A stretch of 59,754 bases of DNA, the filler included, from Sphacelaria rigidula (Eukaryota): NCBI GenBank assembly GCA_964200075.2. It is 9 parts of 9 records of this genome, joined end to end, with 100 filler letters (N's around TTAATTAATTAA, not from the genome) between each part and the next. Parts side by side here need not be neighbours in the genome. Positions count along the whole stretch, not along the records: positions 46,555 to 53,104 come from CAXNAA020019405.1; positions 53,205 to 59,754 come from CAXNAA020019406.1; 7 more parts are not named here. One strand, given 5' to 3'. This document shows positions 51,602 to 59,754 of this stretch, piece by piece (position 1 is the first letter of the stretch; each line of letters begins with the position of its first letter). Below the pieces are notes generated by a model. That model did not search any database, was not told where the DNA came from, and worked only from the letters and a program-made list of their open reading frames with translations. The position numbers and the translations under genes were made by a program.

Positions 51602-51822
51602 GGGCCCTCGGAAGTCTGTGTTAATAATAAAATCCCCTGTATTATTTTTAAAGGCACAAGTGCTATGGAAACCTGTTATTTGCACAGCCTCCGTTGTTCG
51701 AAATAAATCCTGGGCCCTCGAAGGTCTGTGTCGATACTAAAATCCCCTGTATTGTTTTTAAAGGCACAAGTGCTATGGAAACCTGTAATTTGCACAGCCT
51801 CTGCTGTTCGAAATAAATCCTG
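51602..51822. repeat. Tandem duplication of an approximately 110-bp unit
   Basis: GGGCCCTCG..GTCTGTGT..ATA.TAAAATCCCCTGTATT.TTTTTAAAGGCACAAGTGCTATGGAAACCTGT..TTTGCACAGCCTC...TTCGAAATAAATCCT occurs twice. Confidence 0.92.
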
Positions 51823-53689
51823 ATTCCAAATTTGGAATCGGATAACAAGGATTTACTTCGATTCGCAGAGGTTGTAAACATCCCACATAAACTCACAGAT
51901 GGAAGTTGTACACCAGAAGCTGTTCGAAAAAAATCCACATTTTGCCCGCCAATACCTGAAACTGGGCAAAAAAAGGAACTTGTTTGCGAGCAGCTTCTGC
52001 TGTTCAAGTCCCACATACTGCACCGTATCAGCGGATGAGATTCGAGAGGCAGCAGAAATTGTTGAAAACTAATCCTCTTGCGCCCCAATTCATACAGCAA
52101 TTGAGCAAAGGAATAGAATTCTTCAACAACCTTGGCTGTGTACAAATCCCACACACTGATCGCGAGTGTATGTCCACACGGCTATGCTATATAGCTTTAG
52201 CTGGTGGTTGTGGTGTAAAATTTGTGTGAACCTCACAACTGTATACATACGGGTCCTGAAACCCCGTAGTCCCGAGTCTACCATATCAAAGCCAAAGCAT
52301 TTTTTCGGTGGAACACGCGAAACATTCTGATCGCGGTTTGTTCTGTACGTTGATGACGATATGACGACTACAACAATAAACACGGTTTGGTGCTGTACTG
52401 AACTGTACAATACCGTGCAGGACAGTACCATATCGTGCTTATATACGTGCAGTGCAATATACTGCAGAGTTAGCGCGGCATATGCGCTACGTATGGCTAA
52501 ACAAAGTGGATGCCTGTAACTTTGGGTGCATGCGAGTTTTATATACCGTCAGCTACTGAGTATACATCACGACGCCCGTTCTTGCAGCATGCGCGTAACT
52601 GCAGTCAGTAGGACGTGAAAGGGAAGGGGACAAGGTACAGTACAGACAGCGCAGGACTATATATACGTTTTCTGCTTACAGTGTGTCGTGAAAAGGACTT
52701 CAACAGTGTGCACAGCTTTGTCTGCCTGCACTGTCCACGAGTGTGTAGGTAATAAGCCGCCGGTTATTGCCCGCACCCTACCCCGCGTGGTTCCGGCGCC
52801 GCGCGATTCTGCGACCATGGAAGAAGATGATGAGGTTTAAACTTAATAAGACATATATCATACCCAACTACGGTAGTGTGTATGTATATCCCTGTGCCCA
52901 ACTCGTGCTCTTCGTTGCAGGGTCATTGTGGAAGTAGCTGGGGATAAGTGTTGTCGGCTTTGCATGGTTCAATCTGTGAACGGCGGGTAATACATATGTA
53001 TATATATATACATTAATAGAGAGTTTCGGAAACACAAATCAGAACTCAGGGATAAGAAAAAACTCAGGGATTGTTAACAAAGTTGGGATTTAAGGCCAGG
53101 ATATNNNNNNNNNNNNNNNNNNNNNNNNNNNNNNNNNNNNNNNNNNNNTTAATTAATTAANNNNNNNNNNNNNNNNNNNNNNNNNNNNNNNNNNNNNNNN
53201 NNNNAGGAGCCCCTGAACTAGACATAATTTCGCGAAAAAAGTGCACCCTTACCGTAGCATTGCTCTGCCGTCGTTGTTTCCGGGTGTCCCCGCGAGGTGC
53301 CGTACGCCGCCGTAGATGAAATGTAGACTAATATACTCATGAAGAGAGTGGGCGGACGCCTGCCATTCATGGTGAGTAGTTTTTGTCTATGCACTCACAG
53401 GCCACCCGCTGTATCCTCCGCGAACACCTCCAAGCCTCGCGGACAGAATCAGCGTTCGCCTCGTACTTCATTGACCTCCGACCCCGTCGGCGGTTCGGTC
53501 ATAAACGTTTGAGAGTAATGAGGGAGACGCGGTTCGCGCGAGCTTTGTAGGATGGCCGCACTCTGAAGAGACATGGGACGATGTTTATGTGGCTTCTACG
53601 TCAGCACTTACTACGAATGACCCCCATCTGTAGATCTTTCTTCTTTCACATACTTCCAGACGCGACGCTTTTAGTCGATACGCCGCTAC

Positions 53690-56600
53690 GCCGCTACGCC
53701 AACAGTTATATTAACTGCAATGCCCAGGGCCACAGTATGCGTGACTGTGCAAACGCCTGCACCAACGTTTTCCATCTCATCAACTCCAACCCTGCAGGAC
53801 AATGAACCAGCGTGGCGCTGATGACAATGGCAACAATCGCTCTAATCGCGATCACCGACATAACATCACGATTCTGACCATCGCCAAAGGGATGAGTCTT
53901 CTCGCAAAAACTATAGCTCTGCTGATGGACACCGGCAGACGGGATTGACTCATGATAACTCGAACCCGAACACCAGAAGCCCTGGCTCCTTTACAACCTA
54001 TCGCACCGACCCGCGACGTGACGACATCGTCGTTCTGAAGTCTTTGGCGCCGCCGACAACTTGCAAAGATTGTAAACTGAGCCCGCGCAACAAGTGACAA
54101 ACTTTGCGCGTTCAATTCTCCCGGCACTGTGTAAGAGCGCCAGTGACGATCAATCATATCAACATCCGCCTTCAACCTTCCTCACACAACGTTCAGTTGC
54201 GTTACCCCGCAACTCAGATCTATACTCGAATCTTGACGTGGGCCTCCAGAATGGAGTATACACCTTAGGTGTGGGAACCAACCACCGGTCACCGAGGCGA
54301 AGACTTCCGTCAGCGACAGCACGGGTAGGCAGTAGTGTACCTCCTTCGGTTGACTCAAGTATTACTGATTTGAACTTGACTACTTCGGATCACCAAATAC
54401 CCACCTAGCATATTGATCGAGCTTCTTCCCCGCGATCAAAACGTGCGAAGCTACCCCTGGCCGATTATTACAACATCTGCTCCAACAGACCTTCACTCCT
54501 CAGCCAAGCCTGCCAGCGGAAAGTCCACAAGCTTCGCCCGATCATGCCGTGATGCTGACCCTGTCCACCCCACTCGACGCGACTGTGGTTGCCCAACAAA
54601 TTTTGGAAGTTCCCCACTCCTTGTTCAGGCGACAGAGGAAACCCTGCAAGCATGCCCCCAAGGTAGCGCGCGCATCAAGTTCTCTCTAGCGGAAAACCTC
54701 GACCGCCTTCTCTCCAGAAAGCGATGGGTTTGAGCTCGACGGCTTTATCTAGCATGACGGAAGAAATCAAATATCATATTTCTGACGTCACTGCTCCTTC
54801 AGTCGACGCCCCTGACACTGAACAGTCTGGATCCAATTCAGATATTGATCTCCGTCTCCCCAAGAAGGTCATATATGAAGAGTTGAATGAACACAGCCGT
54901 GCCACACCTATGGACAATATGGTGTCCACCACCTTTCCTGAAAAATCTCTGACCCGCCGGCGGATCACCCGCCGTTTGTTTTTGCTGTCAGCCTTCCTGA
55001 CGCCGATCAATCAAACGCGCCTGAACATGGCGCGGACCTTGTCGGAGGCAAAGTGTTTGTCGATCCTTCCCTTTCACTACACGTGTGGCGACCCACTATG
55101 GTCCAAACATTACCATGCCTATGGATTGCATACCCTTGTTGACGGCAGTCCACAACTTTTATTCGTGAATCAACGTGGGAACACACGACACGAACTGACG
55201 CTGCTCCTGCAGCTTTTGAAACCACCGCCCACCCTTGCGTATGTGCAAACCTTGGTGCTCGACTTCACCTCTTTCCACACGAAAGTCCGTACGTATCAGT
55301 GTGCAATGTTTTCAACACACAACCCGCTCTGCCATCCTTGCAGTCTGGGCATACATCGTCCCTGACAGCACCATAAATCATGCAGTTCAATTGGGCGGAG
55401 ATAGCTTCATACGGTTTGATTCACAGAGCTTCCGCACGCTCCACCCCTACTACCACAGTCCGCCCCTCGTGGAGTATTCAACTTTAAACACTTTGGTACA
55501 TCCCACGGCGCCCTGGCCTATCGAAAAACTCATCAAGGAACCGGGACTATTTACTATCTACGATATAGCGGTAGTGCCGGTGTGGCACTCTCCGATTATC
55601 CTCAACTGTCAGGAGTTGCACTAGTCCGCCGAAACGGCATGCCTACCCTTTCGGGACACTATCTTGCAGAAATTTTATCCCGTACTGGTGCGCCTGGCGA
55701 CACTAAGCACTTTGTCTCAACCGGATAACGACTCCCACCCCTCACGGGTCATGCTAACTGGAAACCCGGCCATATTTTGAGAACCGCCGCCGCTCCCCTA
55801 ACGCACATCCCGCTCGAGACGTGCGTTACTGACCCCCCGGCGCTTAGCACCGCACCCCCGACACAAAGTCTGTCGACTGGATGAGCTTTATTTCGACTCA
55901 ATCTCTACAACTCCGCCTTATGTTCACACCGTGGAGCCCGTCTAGCCTGGTCCTTCCGCTGAAGAGCTTCGGTGCCTTTCACCATAATTTCGGAACAGCT
56001 TCTTGCAAATGTGAAACCAATTGCCACCACACTTGTGTGATATCAAGTTTGACCTTCGTGCACCCGCTTAGGAACCAGCTGTCATCCAAGAAATGAACGT
56101 GTTATGCTACAGAACCAAAATCGATTTTCTCCATCCAAGTCGGACCTTCGGCATTGCAAAATGCTGCCCGTCGAGATCACACTTCAACCTTGCGCTTCGT
56201 CAACCTCTTCTTGACCGTACCGGACAAACCCAGTCCTCACCAAATCAACACGCGCCATCTTGGATGCATATCTGGGAGCTGGCTTGAAACAATATTCTTC
56301 CTCTCCTTGGGCTTCGCCACCCGTGGTCGTCCCCTAAAAATATGGCTACATGCGCATCACAGTGACCTATTAACGCTTGCATCACATCAACGTCATTGGT
56401 AAACTTCCGATCCCCCGCATTGATCAAGTCTTTGAGTCCCGAGGCGAACAAAACATTTTTTCCTCAGGCCTTGCTCCTGGATTATTCCAGAATGCTATCT
56501 ACCGTTGCACAGTTGGCCCACGGCAGGTTATACCTCGTCTGGGCTCAACGAATGGCTTCATATGCCACAAGGCGCTGCCACGCCCCAGGATGCTTCCAAC

Positions 56601-59600
56601 GCGTAGTGCAACACGTCACGGGGGGCCTCGAGCACATCAGAGTGTACTTGAATGATGCTATCGCTTTCAATGCCTCACCCACTTTGCAGGTAAACACTAT
56701 GCCGGTGCGCTCCGGTGGTCTAATGGTCCGATCGTCACCATTAGGGTCGAGAGGATGAGGGGTCGAATCCCGATGCGTTCGGGTTTTTCTTCGAAGTATC
56801 TGATTTCCACCGTCGAAAGCATGAGTACGTGGGTGAAAAAAAGGTAGTTGGCTGACTTTGTTTGACGATAGCTGACGCGGTGCGTGAGCGCTTACCCAAT
56901 CCGCGAGACCAACATGCAAGACCTTTACCGGGGAGAGGTGAATTGGTCCCTTGACACCACGGACTCGTCCCGAGGAAGGGGAGGGATTCAAACTGCAACT
57001 AAAGAGATCACCACGAAAAGATATCTACGAACCCACGATTTGAAATTGTCCCCATCCAAAGCCCGCCTTGGCGCCACTGACTTGGAGTTTCTGGGATATT
57101 CCATTTCGTCAGAAATTCTGCATGCGGAAACCAGCAAAGTCGGGGAGATGATCGAAGTGGCGATGTCCACCGATACTTCTTAACTGCGCTCGCTGTTGGG
57201 CGGACTTTCTTTCCACCGCAAAGTTTGGCCAAATCTGCCCGAAACGATACCGCTCTTCCTGAGTTACTAAAAAAAGGCGCCGAATTTGTTTTCACCATCG
57301 ACATTGAAACTATCGTCTGCGTATTGTTGGAAATGCCTTCCGAAAAACCGGTACTCCGTCCGTTTTCCGGATTGGGATGCAGCACAAGACGACTCTAGCC
57401 CCTTCCAACTGCACACGGACGCCATCTTTGGTGAATTTTGTGCGGTGCTGATTCAACCTCAACTAGATGGCTCCATTCGGCCCATACTTCACACCAGCTG
57501 CGCCACACTGCCCAGCGAGTGTGGAGCCCATCAGAGTTGGAAGGCAGACTCATCACCCGGATCATTTAGCGCTTTCGACCATTTGTTTTACGTACCATGG
57601 GGCACTCGAACAACTCGCCAGGGTTGGCAAACATGAAATCGTACATTGCTAGGTGGAATTGTTGACAGCTTACCGGTATACCAGTAAGCATCATCCAGGC
57701 AAATCGACGGGAATGTTGATCTTTTCCCCCGACTCTTCCTGTGCCCAACGACAGCGGATTTCAGTCTAGCTTGCTGACTCACCGAACTCGATGAACCAGG
57801 GGATTGCCGTATTCGGCGTTTTTCTACACCGGTCTGCGTCCTTGATATTCTGTGCCATAAACGGGAATGCATATGGGAGGCCGTCGCCAGACCCCCACAT
57901 GATGCCGTCTCGGGTGGGCTAAGCCCGCGATCGCGATATGGGCGATTTCCGCAATTTCGGTCCTCTCGTGCAGTTATTCGCGCCGCAATCCTCGGTTATT
58001 CATTCAATTTCCGACAAGACGAGCGCACGGGCTGCTGCCCGCACCAACCACCGGCGTGCCCCGCCGCCACCGACAACCCCGGGTTATCCCGAGGATCGCA
58101 CAGCGCCGACCCCACAAAACCGCATGTAGCGTCTCAGAGCAACAACCCCAATGCGGAATAAGCGCAACACACACCGAGCACTATCCCCGTCGCGCGCTAC
58201 GACAACAACGCCGCCTCCTACAGGGCCACGAATACCAACTCCTCTCAAGTATGGGGTGTACTACTGGGACTCTGATCTCTATGTGGATATTTACGTTTGC
58301 ATCTCTACCCCGTCGCCTTTTCCACCACCACCTGCTCCACCACGTTTGGTAGGCTCTCCGGCGGAAGGACGACTGCGCTGGTTTCTCGCCAGTTGCTCCA
58401 ATCGCGATAGGGCTTGTGAACAAGCAGATGCATCCTGCGCAACCATAGAAATATTTGCAGCTTGGTTGCCCAATCCCATTTCCATCTAACATTTTTGTCA
58501 CGGTTGGAATAAGGCCACCACGAAACATCTGTGAGGTATACGAACTCGTGCGTAAATTCACCATTATTACCACAGATGACGGCGCACACTTGCTTGTTTG
58601 CCGCACCACGCCTCGCCAGGCGCACTCCGGCTGCGATCACTGGACGCCACGCGCGACTACTCGATGACGAACCCACACACATATATGTTCCATTATGAAT
58701 ACGTCCTTGGGGCATGAAAGGTTGCCACACAGGCTTGTCACACCACCTTTGTATCACGCGCACCTTAGCGCTACTTGGACGCTTTTACTGGTGGCTTGCC
58801 ATGGAAGCCTCCATCCGTTTTTGGATTCGGCGATGCTTCAAGTGTCACGCTCGGAAAAAATCGCGACAGATAGTACGCGGGCTCGTCGTTGCCATTGGAC
58901 TCCCCAACGTCCCTAGCACCCTCGTGTTTGTTGACTATTTCGGTCCTCCACCGACCACGGGTCGTGGCAACATCTTCAGCTTATTCCTCCCCAGTAGCTT
59001 CAGCTGCCACGCGTCTATGTACGCAGTAACCATTGGGGATTTCACAGCCGCAGGCACCGCTGACATTCTCGCTCACGACTAAATTAAGCATTATGATTGT
59101 ACAAAACGGCCCTTCTCCGACGATGGTCAGCAAATTTGCTCGGATCTTTCCGATGAATTGCGTAAGGTCCCGGGCATCCGCAAGACCGCCACGAGTGCTG
59201 ACCACCAAAATCGTAACGGTGGCACTGAAAGGGTTCATTATACCACGGCTCAGATGTTCCCTGTGGCCATCAACGACCGCCAAAATGATTGGGACCTCCA
59301 TCTTTCGAACATCACGTTGTCTTACCAGAAATCCCTTGACGACACCACCGGTCTTTCTCCGATCGAACTCCACCTTGGACGTTTCCCTCGGCTTCCCGTC
59401 ACTGTGTTCGAAAGATCCTCGTTCGATGGCCTCTAAGATCTTGATTAGGATCAGATATCCTATCATGAACCAGCGCGCTCCCGACAGCGCAACACGTTGG
59501 GTATTGTGCGCGAACAGCAGCTATTAACGCCTCGCGCCTCAAGAGATCTCTCAGTTCTCTCAACAATCTGGTGCAAAAACGCCCCCCATGGAACATTGGC

Positions 59601-59640
59601 GATTGAGTTTGAGTCTACAACAGTCTGTCGACCATCCATC
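53690..59640 (+). mobile_element. Highly decayed Ty3/Gypsy LTR retrotransposon internal region
   Basis: Knuckle remnant CNAQGHSMRDC; RT LPIPRIDQV, VYLNDAI, LKLSPSKARLG..EFLGY; RNase H FQLHTDA; integrase RFYWW..IRRCFKC, VDYFGP, NGGTERVH, DWDLHL, TTGLSP. Confidence 0.88.
56707..57005 (+). mobile_element. tRNA-derived SINE inserted into the Gypsy RT
   Basis: A box TGGTCTAATGG and B box GGGTCGAATCCC at the 5' end. It interrupts RT between YLNDAI..LQVNTM and LRTHDLKLSPSK. Second copy at 35152-35470. Confidence 0.85.
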
Positions 59641-59754
59641 AAGACACTAGCACACCTGCGAACTAGACAATCGAGTCATCCTACGATAGGGGGGGGGGGC
59701 GTGCTCATTTGTTGCTTGCCTTAGTCGTCTGACCATTGACCACGCATCCCTTTC

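Noticed and set aside
6552..53204. Regularly spaced TTAATTAATTAA motif every 6.65 kb, and any gene-neighbourhood system across the window
   Set aside because: These are assembly linkers. Neighbouring segments are unrelated contigs, so co-location across spacers has no biological meaning.
56707..56780. Functional tRNA gene
   Set aside because: The cloverleaf is degenerate and continues into a 230-bp body shared with another copy, so it is a SINE head.

Overview
This is eukaryotic, repeat-rich DNA, most likely from a brown alga or another stramenopile (inferred from the long-intron, GC-rich genes and the repeat types). It is not one locus: nine unrelated contigs of 6550-6551 bp are joined by identical 100-nt N-TTAATTAATTAA-N spacers. 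Host gene pieces with phase-consistent GT-AG exons are a secreted acidic protein (contig 1), an unknown protein (contig 3), an NDK + Dpy-30 (NME5/RSP23-like) gene whose catalytic His is replaced by Tyr (contig 4), a small Gly/His-rich protein missed by the ORF track (contig 5), and a DDHD/PA-PLA1-type phospholipase (contig 6). Most of the rest is transposable elements: two decayed Gypsy elements (one with a chromodomain), a decayed Copia, LINE fragments with oligo-C tails, a tRNA-derived SINE, a hAT with a nested pogo, an intron-containing piggyBac and several MITE families. The most unusual items are a telomere-repeat MITE present as two core-inverted isomers, the His-to-Tyr NDK, and the Gly/His microprotein with a triplicated intron segment. 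No CRISPR array or prokaryote-type system is supported.
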